A stretch of 58,320 nucleotides of DNA, filler included, from Squatina squatina (taxonomy: Eukaryota), in NCBI GenBank assembly GCA_031763465.1. It is 3 parts of 3 records of this genome, joined end to end, with 100 filler letters (N's around TTAATTAATTAA, not from the genome) between each part and the next. Parts side by side here need not be neighbours in the genome. Positions count along the whole stretch, not along the records: positions 23,309 to 42,000 come from JARFOE010000120.1; positions 42,101 to 58,320 come from JARFOE010000168.1; 1 more part is not named here. One strand, 5' to 3'. The stretch's first letter is position 1. Each line of letters begins with the position of its first letter. Position numbers and translations under genes: made by a program. The notes beneath the pieces are model-generated. The model saw only the letters and a list, made by a program, of their open reading frames with translations. It did not search any database and was not told the origin of the DNA. Positions 37,778 to 51,445 of the stretch are shown here, one piece after another.

Positions 37778-38659
37778 AATTTTTAACAAACTGCAAGGAG
37801 AAATATTCAACTCTATAAAAGTAGGCAGATATCCAACCTAACATGTAGGACATAAATATCAGAATGAGTGGTGGAAATGTTCCAATTAATTACAACTATA
37901 TTCCTGCATCCCCCTCCAAACAGAAACATAAAAATGATTAACTTAAGATTTTATCTTTAACAGATTTCCTTTGCAAACAGTATTAAAAGGGATTTATCTG
38001 TAATCCATGTAAACTATATCATCTGTTGTACACTCTCAAATTTACTTCATGAACAGTAACTAGTGTGCACTGCTTTAGTCAGCAAGCTGCAGAGGTCTTA
38101 ATCTAATTAGANNNNNNNNNNNNNNNNNNNNNNNNNNNNNNNNNNNNNNNNNNNNNNCGCAGTTATAGAATTAGTGAAATCAAAGCATCAACACAAGCCA
38201 GAAAGATTTCATTAAGATAATCAAAGAATTCTGGTATGGATCCTTGTGCTTTAATTGCTCTCAGGAGTGTGGTGATAAGTAGCAGTGGGTGTCAAAGCTG
38301 TACATAGAATAAAGAACGTATTTTGTGTGATAACTACCATTTATACATAAAAGTAAACCCAACAGACTATGACCTGGTCTCCCCAGGCTGTTACTGGGTG
38401 ATTGGTGCTGCTCTGTGAAACAGGCATTCAACAGCGCAGCTGGTCCCCTCTCTCCAGTCAATGGCAGAAAGCTTTGTGGTAGATGATATTTGTTATGTGA
38501 CCCTTGACACTGTCTGCTGTTCCTCCTAGTCCACGGCCAAGATCCATGGTGACTATGTATCAGAATTGCAAATACAATCCTCCTTAGCTATTATTTCTTT
38601 TTTTTAAAAAAAAAAAGCTGTCTCGGGCATTATACTTCGAGATAAAAGGGAAAAAAAGC

Positions 38660-38795
38660 CTTGAATTCTGGAAATCTGAAATAAAATCAGAAAATACTGT
38701 GACCTGAAGTGTCTCATGCGAAACACTGACCTGACTTTTTCTTTCAGGTCCTGACCTGACTGCTACCTGTTTCCAGCATTTCCTGTTCTTATTTG
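38660..38795. mobile_element. Penelope-derived inverted terminal fragment
   Basis: ctggaaatctgaaataaaatcagaaaatactg...cctgacctgactgctacctgtttccagcatttcctgttcttattt. Related termini occur at 17708-17733 and 57494-57545. Confidence 0.55.
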
Positions 38796-41700
38796 GACAA
38801 TTCATTTGACGCTTTCTCAAAGTAGATTATTAAGGTAATCAAGTGTTTCATGTTTTTTTTTCTCAGCCTGTTTCACCATTTAACTTTATTACAAATACAT
38901 TTTTTCCATTTATGAACATTTATTATTAACAACCATACAACATCCATTTTTCATTTGGCAACATTCTCCTAATTCAATATAGTCTGAGGTGCTTCATAAA
39001 TAACCACGGATTATGTCAGCATTGTAGTGAGAATTGGAGTGAAAAACCATCAACTTTTTTTTTGGTGAGGTATAATTTATGGTATTGATTTCAAAATTTT
39101 AAAAAAATCTCAAGTTTTTGTCAGTATTAAAAACCTTCTGTGCAGTTTACTAAATGTATTCAGCGCAGTAAATGGAAGAATTCAGAAATAATTTGCTTGA
39201 ACTGCTAACACATTTTTCTTCCAATGGATTTGGAGAAGGAGAAAAAAATAAATCTCCATAGCTTCGCTGGTTGATTTATCTGGTTTGAGGTTGGACAAAT
39301 CCAATAGGAAAGCAACCAACAATCTGAGTAATCTGACTAATTTAGAAGTGAGGTAACTGGCTAACAGGTAGCTGCGGAAACTGTTTTNNNNNNNNNNNNN
39401 NNNNNNNNNNNNNNNNNNNNNNNNNNNNNNNNNNNNNNNNNNNNNNNNNNNNNNNNNNNNNNNNNNNNNNNNNNNNNNNNNNNNNNNNNNNNNNNNNNNN
39501 NNNNNNNNNNCAATGCAATGTCGAAAGTGGGGAACCAAGGTCAAGTAGCCTTGTAATAGAGCGAGCCCTGTCACTGGCAGCATTGTTCTGCAGCTGTGGT
39601 GTTATTAAAGATAATTAAAAATATATACATTTATACATGTTGATGTACATGTCGACACAATCATATATGTATATTTATGTAGTCACATGCATACACATTC
39701 GCACACATGTCCATACGCACACAAATATACACTCAATTCTAAAATGTAGTGAAAGTAGTACTTATGCTTTTTATATTTCATTTCTAACATAACTTAGCAT
39801 CAGGTTACTGTTCAAAAGTAGATAGAGAAAATTACTAATTACTTATTTGGACAAAACCCAGTGACTAACTTGAGATATGTCGTGAATGGAAGCAATTTTT
39901 AAGTCAAAAGGTTTTCAGCTTCCCAGCTCTGATACTCCGCGGTAATGACTCAAAGCAGGAAACCAAGTTTTTGTAAAAAAAAAACCCAACCATTTAGCAA
40001 CTTCCACTCAGTGAGATGTTTTAGGGTCAAAGTGACAATTTTTAGGAGAAGTGGCTGCGAACAAAACCACTGACATATTTTCTTATTTCTTATTCATTAG
40101 TGTCAACACTGGCAACACTAGAGAATAGAGCAGGCCCACGGAAGATATCATGTGGGCTCGCAACAATGCTAGATGCCCCAGGCATTGTCCTGATGCAGGT
40201 CAGTGCAGCAACGGAGATTATCAAATTGGGGGCAGTCTTCTGTGGAGGGGTCTTGCAGCTGCAAATCTGCAAGATTCTGATAGATCGATGTTGCCAATTC
40301 ATCTTATCAGTGATTTTGAACAACCATCCCTCACAGAGTACAAATCTTTATTGCCTGCTGACAAATAGGCCTTGAACGTCAAAGAACCAAAAAGGTATCT
40401 ACTTGGATCCTTTCCTCGAGGGAATCAGTACATTTTCTATTTAAAGATCAGAATAAAATGCACTTTTGTGAATGATCAAAAACACCACAGTGATTCACAT
40501 ATGAACAAGCAATATTCTCTGAAGAATTTGTCCCCTGCCCTATGGCTTCATGAATCTAAAAAAAAATCCAAGTAGTGTATTGCCAACAAAGTAAGGATTA
40601 TATTTATTGAAATGTATTAATATACATGAATGGAAAGTGAATTCTAAGTGAAACATTTAAAGGACTTCAACAGAACCCAAAGTGATGATAAAAGTGCGCA
40701 CATATAAAAGTTTGTGCAGTGCAAACTTTCACAGGCTAAGGGAGCCACAAGGCATCGAGGTGCAAGCTGCAGAGTCCTGTGAGGATTTGCAAGTGGGTTT
40801 GCATGTGTTTTAAATACCATATTCCAAGTTTAGAATGGAACAAGATGAAAGAAGGCATGCCGGAGTATCAGTCACATTAGCTGCACCTGTAATTATCCCA
40901 CCATCCATGCACATATTTTAGAAAAGCTGAAACACATGCCCCTATTTTCACAGCAGCCCTTTAAAAACTGTTGGATTGTGGGGTATCTTGCCCATCAGGA
41001 GTTAATGTAAGTTAGGATGGTCCAGGAGACTCTTCTGTTCTTAACTCACTCAATACTTCATTTTCATTGGCTCTTTGATCTTGTGAAAATCTTGACCTTT
41101 ATGAAAATACTTTTCTTGTCTGATTCTGCAGTCTTCCTGCCATACATTTGCACAATATTCTGTTATTAGTGCAGGTAAGTTTATCTTTGATCTTGTTGCT
41201 TAGCCATCTCACCTCCCACTTAACATCCGCTCCCAACAGCCTTGCCGCCACTTTTTCTCAGCTTGGCTCCAATCCAGACAGCCTTGCTTTTGCTCCTTCC
41301 AACTGTCCTGTTATCTAAGGCATTTATCTAGTTGAGGAGACTGATATGTGGTGTATGTCTGCTTCAGGGAGGATTTCTATTCCCCTGTTAAGTCCATATC
41401 CACAATTTAAATATTGTTTCAGTTTGCACAGTAGGTATCTAAATCCAGTTTGGAACTTGGCTATTGTGAAGTAAAAATGTCTATACAATAAATATTTACT
41501 TCATTATTGATATTGGGCTGAAGTTTAGGGTGTGAACTATGGCTTGTGGCTTGGCGCTAGGGGTTAAAATTTGGGGTTAAGGGTGGACTCAGTTTTGAGG
41601 TTCAAGTGCATTTCTTTCACTGAAGGTAAATATTTTGAAGGGGCAGCTCTGTACTAAATGGATTTGGTGGGTGAAGGGGAGTCTGGGAGGGAGCGGGGAA

Positions 41701-42000
41701 GACCGAAAGCAGCCAATTTAAACCGACAAGGCCGAGGAAACGGATGTCCTGTCGAATTTAACGGCAGGACCTAATTATCATTTATTAGCTTTGTTTTCTG
41801 CTCGGCAGCTGCCATATTCACAGGCTGGCCAGCTGTTGGGTGGGGAAACCAGTGGCAGGTGGCCACAACTGGGGATCTTTGGGGATAGTCCTCAGCAATC
41901 AGGAGGGCATGGGGTCAGCGATCACGGCGGGGGAAGAGAATGGCTGTAATCGGCAGAAGGGAGGCCAAATGCTTCCTCGAGGAGCCGTGGGAGAGAGAAG

Positions 42001-42100
42001 NNNNNNNNNNNNNNNNNNNNNNNNNNNNNNNNNNNNNNNNNNNNTTAATTAATTAANNNNNNNNNNNNNNNNNNNNNNNNNNNNNNNNNNNNNNNNNNNN
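42001..42100. other. Synthetic scaffold join N44-TTAATTAATTAA-N44 (assembly artefact)
   Basis: Same structure as 23209-23308. Confidence 0.95.
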
Positions 42101-43500
42101 TCTGCAGCCCTAAAACAGAGGGGCTCATTAGGATTGTAGCAAAGCTTTTCCTTCCCCCACACAGAAAAAATGAAGATTTTTAGAAAAAAAAACATTTTGC
42201 CTCTAGTTACTTGGTTTAATAAAACAATTACAGATCTATATTCACATAGCACAAGCAACATTGATTTCATAATATTGGAGCAATGTTCCTCATTCTTTGA
42301 GCATTCATCCTTTTATGAAGGGAAGGGGAGGGAAAAACCACAAAGACACTGGCCCTTTAAGAAATTCACCCCTAAAAAAAGAATTTTAGTTAGGGTCTAT
42401 CCCACACTCTCCGTTTGAAGCTGCACCCTAGCTCTCTTGAAACGGAGAAGGTAACAAGAGCAATGCAACAGAAATTTTAAAAGTTAGAAACAAAAAAGAT
42501 CAAAGGCTAGGTTGGGAAGGTTTTGTGGTGATTTAACTTTCAAATAAAAAGACAACCAACCATTCTGATAATCTCAGATTCTGGAAGGCCTAAAGAGTAG
42601 TTTATTCTTGATAATTCAGTCTTTTGTGCTAAAAATGGAATTAGACAATATAACTAATACAAAGTGGGTAGAAAGTGCTAAAACAATTAGAATCAGATAA
42701 TTTGACATGATGATGAATTGGGAGGAGACAGTGCCTGATACTGAAACTCAAAATAACCATCTCCACAAAGACAGATCATGTGTAGACAGAGTCTATCTTG
42801 TTGGGGATCCACCACCTTTGTGTGCTTCAAGGTATTAGGCTAACAAATTGACAATTTATCCAGCACCAGCAGAAATGGCTAGTGAGTGAATAGTGTGCTA
42901 AATCAGCAACTAAAAAGGAACTGCGATCAATGATGCAAGCACATACATGAAACAGAAAAGTGGACTGGAATAATTACACTGGTGGAACCTACATCCCAAC
43001 AGGACACAGCTGACAAGCAAGCAAACCAAGGTTCGCTGAACCTCTGAAAATTACACAAGTAGAGACAGCAGTGCATTTTACAACTGTACCTTTCAAACAG
43101 CCACCGATTTACTGGAGATGGCCAGATCTCCTGAAAGTTTGCATGGGCCCAAACACTAGAGTGATTATCTACAAGGGATCGAAAGTGAGAATGCACCTGA
43201 AAAACAAGAGTACAAGATTGCAGCTGTGAACATCTTACAATCTATGCGTAGTTCCAATGGTTTTTTTTTAAGTTGTTCTCACCAGACTTCCCACAGATTA
43301 GAGAGAGAAAGGTGAGGGGTGGAAATTTCAGGTATTATGAGGTCTGTAATGTGACTTGAAGGGGATGAGGAGGTTGTCAACTTGAGAGTTTTATNNNNNN
43401 NNNNNNNNNNNNNNNNNNNNNNNNNNNNNNNNNNNNNNNNNNNNNNNNNNNNNNNNNNNNNNNNNNNNNNNNNNNNNNNNNNNNNNNNNNNNNNGGGTCG

Positions 43501-43650
43501 GAGGGGTTGAGGGTTATGGTGAGACGGTGGGAGGGGTTGAGGGTTATGGTGAGAGGGTGGGAGGGGTTGAGGGTTATGGTGAGAGGGTGGGAGGGGTTGT
43601 GGGTTATGGTGAGAAGGTCGGAGGCGTTGAGGGTTATGGTGAGAAGGTGG
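43501..43650. repeat. 30-bp G-rich minisatellite x5 (gaggggttgagggttatggtgagagggtgg) inside a CR1 3' end
   Basis: Five near-identical units. Flanks resemble CR1 (gaaatttcaggtattatgagg upstream; ggtcctattggcctttt downstream). May extend into the gap. Confidence 0.9.
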
Positions 43651-44976
43651 ATAGGTGAGTTGAATTGTGAAAAAGGATGGGCTTTTGGTCCTATTGGCCT
43701 TTTAAACACTCTTGCATTCTTGTGCTCACCACTTCAACTAATTGCAGACTCGCAGGGTGTTGGTTGTTGGTTATATCCTGCTCAGGTCGAGAGAGAGAGA
43801 CGTGCAGTGGAACATCATGACCTTGGAAACTGGTTGTCTCCTGCACATCACCCAGCGGAAAAAATACTGTCAAGGTGTTTTGTCAAATTGGCAATGGACC
43901 AAGTCGTTAACAGTGGGCACATGAAATAATGATTTCCTTCAGACGGATTGTTGTACAGTAATTAAGCGCCACACACTCGAAATTAACTCCTCGCCGTGCT
44001 GCTGGAGAGAATGTGAATTGTAAAGTTTACTGGGTTAGATAGAAAAGACTTACAATAAAGGCTCCATTTTAATGGATTGCGTCACCAGGAATTTTAGATT
44101 TGCAGACCAGATATAAAGCACCGCCGCCCACGTACACACACCAGTGTAAATGCCCCACAAGTTCTTCAATAACTGCATTTAACACTGGCCCTTCATCTAG
44201 AAACCTATTACCCAGCAAATATTTTTAAAACTCTCCAGGAACAGATTGGTAGCAGCCTGCCGTCAGCAGACATCCAGCTCATCGCGGCGTTAGCGTTGCT
44301 GTTGGCAACAGAAGAGGCTTCTTCCCACACTGAATGGACATCTGCCGTTCCCCAGGCGAGGGCTGAGATTCCTTTCAGTGTGGCAGGGCCTCGAATCAGA
44401 GAAAGCTGGCTCCACCGGTGGTTAATGGAACTCAGTCACATGCTGTGATCTTAAATCGTTCCCCNNNNNNNNNNNNNNNNNNNNNNNNNNNNNNNNNNNN
44501 NNNNNNNNNNNNNNNNNNNNNNNNNNNNNNNNNNNNNNNNNNNNNNNNNNNNNNNNNNNNNNNNGAAATGATCAGTCCTTGCTCTGGGTTGACCTCTCTG
44601 ATCCATTTATAAATCTGAGCAAAATGATTCCCAACAGCTGAAAAATATTCCCTTCTCCTCCTTAAGTGACCTAAACAGTGCCAATATGATGGAAGTGCAC
44701 CCCCTTTAAGTACTGACATGGGCTGATAGATTAGTGGAAGCAGTTAAGCCAATTTTGACATATTGAACACCTGAAAAAAACTAAGAAAAACAGGGCTAAG
44801 TGTTGAAAAGGCTGACTTTAGCCTAATGTTCTAAGACCAAAACTTAACGCCCAAATATTCATCCGTTAGCGCCAGAAACATAGGGCAGTCGAATTGGGTG
44901 CCTTAAATCTTTGAAGCAGCATTTAGATGGACAACAACCCTCAAGCCAAATGATTAATCTGTCAAATAATACAGTA

Positions 44977-45370
44977 CATAGAAATGCATAGAAATTACAA
45001 CATGAAAAGAGGCCATTTGGCCCATGTTGGCATTTACATGCCACATGAGCAAATATTTACCCACCCTGTTCCTATATCCTCATTCCCTTTTTCTTCATCT
45101 ACTTATCCAATCTAAATTTCAATATTAACATAGTTTCTGTCTCAACCACGAGCCTTGCAAGTGAATTACACATCCTCACAATTCTCTGTGTAAAGATGTT
45201 TCTCCTGCCCTCTGTTCTAAATCTCTTATATTTAATCTTGTATCTGTGGTCCCTCATTCTTGGCTCCGCAACTACTCAAAACAGTCTATTTCTAGCTACC
45301 TTGTCCCATCTTTCATAATTTTAAACACTTCTATCATATCACCCCGTAAACTGTGCTGTTCGAACGAAAA
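44977..45370 (-). mobile_element. CR1/HER1-type LINE 3' end
   Basis: catagaaatgcatagaaattac...gaggccatttggccca tail, plus ORF2 remnants (cataattttaaacacttctatc = IEVFKIM on the minus strand). Confidence 0.75.
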
Positions 45371-45860
45371 CTAAAATGTCTAGGGTGCCCAATTTGGTTT
45401 TTTTGGGGGCGCTAAATGAGCACTAAATGATTTTTGGCACTAACTTTAGCGTCAGACAATTCAGGTTCCCCCAAAAATGGCGCTAAACAGGCGCAAACCT
45501 GGTAACAGTGGAAACTTTCATTTTGGCATTAGGTGGACTGGATGACATCATCAGTGGGTGCAGCGCCCAAAATGGTTGCCCGTTGCTGAATTCGTCAAGG
45601 CTGCTGACACTTAAAAGTAGCGGTGTCAACCTCCCATTTTTTGGGCGTTGACAAGCTTGAGCTCCTGGTTTCCGGTACTAACGGACTCTCTGTAAAATTT
45701 AAAGAAGATTGGAACATCCCTGACAATCAAAACGGCACCTTCTGAGCATTGCAGCCTCACNNNNNNNNNNNNNNNNNNNNNNNNNNNNNNNNNNNNNNNN
45801 NNNNNNNNNNNNNNNNNNNNNNNNNNNNNNNNNNNNNNNNNNNNNNNNNNNNNNNNNNNN

Positions 45861-46580
45861 CGATATGAGGCAGGGGTGGAGATGGGCAATGGTATGGAGG
45901 TGGAGTAGGCGGACTTGGTAACGGAGAGGATATGAGGTTGGAAGTTTAGCTCAGGGTCAAATAAGACAATAAGATTGTAAACGGTCTGTTTCCGGCTCAG
46001 ACTTTGGCCAGGGAGAGGGCTGGGGGGAACAGGATTTATGGTGTGGAGCAAAGTCAATGGCTTCAGTCTTCCTGATACTTAATTGGTGGAAATTTCTGCT
46101 CACCCAATACTGTATGGCGGACAAGCAGTGTGACTAATCAAAGGTATTGAAGGGGTCAAGAGAGGTGGTCTGACGTTGTGTTTTCAATAGGTATCTCCGA
46201 GTGGCAGCATGGATGAGAAATAGGAGGGGGCCAAGGATAGATCATTGGGGGACTCCAAATATAATGGTGCAGAGTGGGAAGGAAAGCCATTGTAAGTGAT
46301 TCTCTGGCTGCTACTGGATAGATAGGAATGGAACCAGGTGAGCACTGTCCCACCCAGCTGGAGAACGGAAGAAAGGCGTTGGAGGAGGATGGTGTTGTCT
46401 TCTGTGTCAAAGGCTGCAGACAGGCCGAGAAGGATGAGGAGGGATAGTTTACCACATCACACTCACATAGGATATAATTTGTGACTTTGATGAGGGTCGT
46501 TTCAGTGTTCTGGCAGGAGTGGAAACCTGCTTGGAGGGGATCAAACGTGGAGCTGCGGGAAAGATGGGCACAGATTTGGT
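45861..46580 (-). mobile_element. L2 LINE ORF2 (RT) fragment
   Basis: Minus-strand LIVLFDPELNFQPHILSVTKSAY, plus frameshifted remnants of LLILLxLSAAFDT and GVPQxSILGPLLFLI. Confidence 0.85.
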
Positions 46581-48903
46581 ATAAGTCTTAGATGAAATAT
46601 ATTGCTAAAAATGGAATGGTACAGTAAGCTTTGCACAGCTGATATGTCTGTACATGATTCATTTTTTCTAAAGATCGTCTTTAACGGTGTAATAGTCATC
46701 AAGCACTCCGGCTTGTTGACAAATATTTCCAAAACTGTCCATCAACAGTTCCAAAAGATGTGTGCCATAGTTTTATTTGTGTGATGTGATAGCTTTCTAT
46801 CTCAAACAAACAAACCACTCGGACTNNNNNNNNNNNNNNNNNNNNNNNNNNNNNNNNNNNNNNNNNNNNNNNNNNNNNNNNNNNNNNNNNNNNNNNNNNN
46901 NNNNNNNNNNNNNNNNNNNNNNNNNTCCTCCCCCAGAACTGTGTGTTTAAAGAGCCTACAATGGGTTTGAACAGTACATGAGCAATTTAAGACTACAGTG
47001 CCAATTCTGGTACATAGAACATAACCTCTGTGCCATGCTAATTTGGGCTGAATTAAAGTTGACCTATACTGATTTGAATTTGCTAAGCATGCCGAGAACT
47101 CTATACACGTAATGCTGTCTCTAAGTTTCATTTTGGGTTTTTTCCCTTCAAAACTGCCTGGTGGAGGCAGTTTTAGGAAAGTACATTTGTGTAAAAATGT
47201 TTTGCTGCCCTCTTTACTCCAATGGACTATTGATATGGACTTGGTTATAATGTAGACCAGATTATAATCTGGTAAACTACATTCTCTGAAGTGTTGGCAG
47301 CTTCAACTTATTTTCAATTCCCCCATCTTTTCTCTCCTTCCCTTCCCCCAAAAGGTGCTGATTCTGTGCAGGTAGTCCTCCAGTGACTTGCCCAAGTGGC
47401 CCGTTTCATATGCAAGCTGTTTGATCATTACAGGGTGGGACATTGCAGCTGAATCCATTCTTGCCTTCCCCCACTGATCAAGGATGCGCTCTTCAGAGAA
47501 CTGTCAGACGTGGAAATGTGGACTCTTCTCCCTCCATTTTCCTAACTGGATGGGTGGTTAGACATTCCATGATCACGATTCGGCAACTTCTGCTCAAAGG
47601 TCTGTGTTTATGGGTGTCAGATGAGGACTGGGTCAGTATTGGCTGTGCTGCTGCTCTGTGATCAAATAGTCTGCTGATACTTACTGGGCTTGCACAGGTA
47701 GTGTTGTATGACTGCCTGTGGAACTACACGCCAACATCAATCTACACCTTCAGCGAATGTGGGGGTGGTGATGGGAAATGCTTGGTGCCATAGGTTGGCA
47801 GCAGCCTTCAAGTCGCATTCTACCTGTGAGAGCTTGTGGAGTGAGTGTATGTGGACTATTGAATCATGGGGGCCATCAAGCCGTAGCTTCTTTTTGTGCA
47901 CACTTGTACCAGGGGTTGCTGGACAGTAAATAGGAGAGAGATCCCCGGCTATCTTGATTTTGGCTTCCTGTTCACCTTTCCCCTGAGATGCTGAGGCTAT
48001 TTGTAGCATTCCCTCTGAACTGAGAACTAATTGGAATTTGCTCCTTTTACATTTAATTTCAGGCTTACAGTAATGCAGTGCCACTTGCGATTTTTTTTTG
48101 TGATGAAGCTCTCCTCATCATTTAGTGTAGGTGTCAGTCAAATTCATTCAAGGGGCAGCCCTAACAGAGCTATCAAATTATCGTAATGAATGGGTCATGG
48201 ATGCATTAGAAGGCAGGAGTGACTGGGGTTAATCAGCCCCCAAATAGATTTGCACAATTAACTCTTTTTTTCAACTCAAGGGAGCTTTTAATAATGGAAC
48301 TGACTGCTGCAGTTAAATCCTCAGAGTACATTCTTATAAATAGATTACAACCTGGAACAAAAGCCTCACTCACCCTATTGAATAAACATTGACTGCTCAA
48401 TATTTTGAAGAACAGAACGACAGTAGGTCCCAGTGCTCTTCTATTAAAAGGTGATTGCTGTTGGGGAGCTGGAGAACTGCAGCAGATCCCGTGTGCATCA
48501 AATGCACGCATCTCATTTGTTTTGGAATTCATATTTTTGGGCAGATAACTGCAATCTCAATTCTGTGGCGGTAGTACTTCAGTTAGAAAAAGATGGGGAG
48601 AAATTCAGGGTGTTTGCGCCTCCAGTTAGCGTCACCGTGGCACTCCCACAAACGACTTTGCGCCCAGGCGTGGCAGCGCTAAATTCCGCTGGTAACCCAT
48701 AGGGCCCCGCTCTGCTGCGTCGGGGATGATAGCATCGTTACCATGCGCAGAGACCCATTTTTGTCCCGGAGCGGAAAATTCGGCGTCACTGCCTGAAGCT
48801 GCGNNNNNNNNNNNNNNNNNNNNNNNNNNNNNNNNNNNNNNNNNNNNNNNNNNNNNNNNNNNNNNNNNNNNNNNNNNNNNNNNNNNNNNNNNNNNNNNNN
48901 NNN

Positions 48904-49641
48904 TATCTCCTCATTTTATTTTAAATCCCGTTAACTCATTTTGAATCTCAGCATTCAATGTCATTTACACTTGTTCTAGCTCCCTGGTAAACACTGAAGC
49001 AAAGTAAATATTTATTATCTCTGTCATCAATCAATTGTTGCCTGTGGAATTACACTCTCCATTACGTATTGGCCCTTTTCCCATCCCAACCTTCAGTGTT
49101 TTTAATTATGTGCCTGTAAAAGATTTTACTATTTTGTTGTATTTTCCTTGAGAATTTAATGACATGGTTCCTCCTTGCCTTCCCGGTTGGTTTGACTGCT
49201 CTCTTAATCCCTTATTTTATCACTTATCATGTTCTCTCCTGCTGTCCATGTACTTAATGTATGCATCTTTCCTTCCCCTTTTTTCCCCCCTTCTGGCTTT
49301 ATTCATCCACGGTGTCTCATTAGTGTTTAGCTTCTTGCTGTTTATTAGCAGAATATATTTTTCCTGCACACGGTTGAGCACCATTTTAAATGCTCCCATT
49401 GTGGTTCCACATCATTGTTTGCCATAATTTTCCCAAGTGCTATTTTCAGCTCCTAAATGTCAGCTTTTCCTCAATCTATTAACCTGGTCTTTGTCGCACA
49501 TGTGTCCTTATCAAATATTATCATTAAGTGTATTATATTATGGTCACTATTGCCTATATTTCCCTTACTTCTAATTGTCGTATCTGCTCTGATTCATTCC
49601 CCATTACTCGATCCCATAGTGCACCCTCCATTTTAGGGCTT
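48904..49641 (-). mobile_element. Decayed CR1 ORF2 fragment
   Basis: Pyrimidine-rich + strand. Minus-strand remnants such as KYIYFASVFTRE, plus an endonuclease C-terminal GxSDHNII-like motif. Confidence 0.55.
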
Positions 49642-51140
49642 NNNNNNNNNNNNNNNNNNNNNNNNNNNNNNNNNNNNNNNNNNNNNNNNNNNNNNNNNNN
49701 NNNNNNNNNNNNNNNNNNNNNNNNNNNNNNNNNNNNNNNNNCTTCGGAAATCAAGAGCAGATTTGGGAGTTACCAGGAGGGATTCCCGAAGAAGTGGCAG
49801 TTGCGGCTGTGGCACCTCAGAGACCAGGTACAGAGAGCTCCAGAATGAATCTAGACAAATCCTTCACATATCGAAGCAATGTGGTGTATGTTGCAATCTG
49901 TGCAGTCCTATTTTTAGGGAGATGCTATTATTGTGACTCTCTGAGCAAGTGGAGAAGTGGGTGCAGGACTGAATCGGTGAAGAGTAATACCTGTAATTAA
50001 ATCCTGCAGAACACTTGCTTTGCATTGTCTGGCTCTCTTGCTTTATTGTGAGAGCTGAGCAAGATGAAGAATAGACTGTATTAGTAATTCACTGCACTTT
50101 AAAGGGGCACTGTCTTTAGTGATGGGAGCAGGAGTGATACCCCGTGTCAATTTTATCATGATTATGTCACATGTAGCTAATCGGATAGTAGTTTTACAGA
50201 ACATCTTGACATAAATTATGTTATTGCATTGAGTACCTGGCAAACAAACAAAAAAAAGGTTCGCTAAACATTTCAAAATAAAGACAGCATCCCTTTACCA
50301 CAAAACCTGAAGTATGTTACATGCTTCAGTGAATTCAGAAGTTGTGGCTATAACATCATTTCATGGGCTATTCAACCTGGAATATTGTAAAGAACAGCTA
50401 TGACTGAGTGACTGCTTTGAATATTCTAGATCGTGTTTTTTTAAATTCTTTTCTGACCCTGCTATTTAGAATAATTCATTGTATATAGATGCACTCTCTA
50501 GCCACATTTGTAGTGTACGTTGTACCCTTAGTGAATTATGTTGTAAAATATTAATGTACTATAATTCTGGGGGAAAGAGGGGGCAGAAACTGTTGATAGA
50601 TATCAAGATACCACATAATTAGTTTAATGTATAATTCAGGATGTCGCCTGGGCGCAGAAAATGGGTCCGATCAAGTCGCACAGCAACCACTGTAGTGACC
50701 TCGAGAGGCTTTCCAATGTCCTACTTCCAACAAAGGAAAAGGGAAATCTGTTAGTTTCTGAAGAAGGCACTGTTTCACATTTGATTTTTGCCATGAGTTG
50801 TTGCATGTGCTCTGATATGCCAACACATTAGAGAAGGTTTAACAATTTCCCATTTGTGGCTCCTTGAAGAGTGCTTTACAGTGGGCAGCATGTGGAAAAT
50901 ACTGGCAAATTTGACCTCACCTAAGAGAGTTGGATAGAACCATTGGAAAATGTAAAAACAAGAAAAGAATGGAGAGTCCTGAAACATCAATATTTTAACA
51001 TTTTTTCATAGCAATGTAAGGGAAGTTATTGCAAGAGAACTGAGCATCTTCCGCTGCAGGCATTTAATGCCAATATCAAGCACTCCCAGGTCAATTATAG
51101 TATACTCAGTGAAGCTCAGTGTCAAAAGTGCGTTCACTAT

Positions 51141-51445
51141 TACATAGAATGTACAGCACAAAAACAGGCCATTTGGCCCAACAGTGTTTATGCAGCACAC
51201 GAGCCTCCTCCCACCCCTCTTCATCTCACCCTATCAACATAGCCTTTTGTTCCTTTTCCTCTCATNNNNNNNNNNNNNNNNNNNNNNNNNNNNNNNNNNN
51301 NNNNNNNNNNNNNNNNNNNNNNNNNNNNNNNNNNNNNNNNNNNNNNNNNNNNNNNNNNNNNNNNNTTAGTGAAGACAGAACCAAAGTAATTATTCAATTG
51401 GTCTGCCATTTCTTTGTTCCCCATGATCAATTCACCTGTTTCACT
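51141..51445 (-). mobile_element. CR1/HER1 LINE pieces either side of a gap (3' tail and ORF2)
   Basis: Tail acatagaatgtacagcacaaaaacaggccatttggccc. ORF2 ETGELIMGNKEMADQLNNYFGSVFT. Confidence 0.8.

Noticed and set aside
43377-43929. Repetitive ORFs (LRVMVRGWEG)n and (HPLTITLNPS)n
   Set aside because: These are translations of the 30-bp minisatellite, with no splice or codon evidence.
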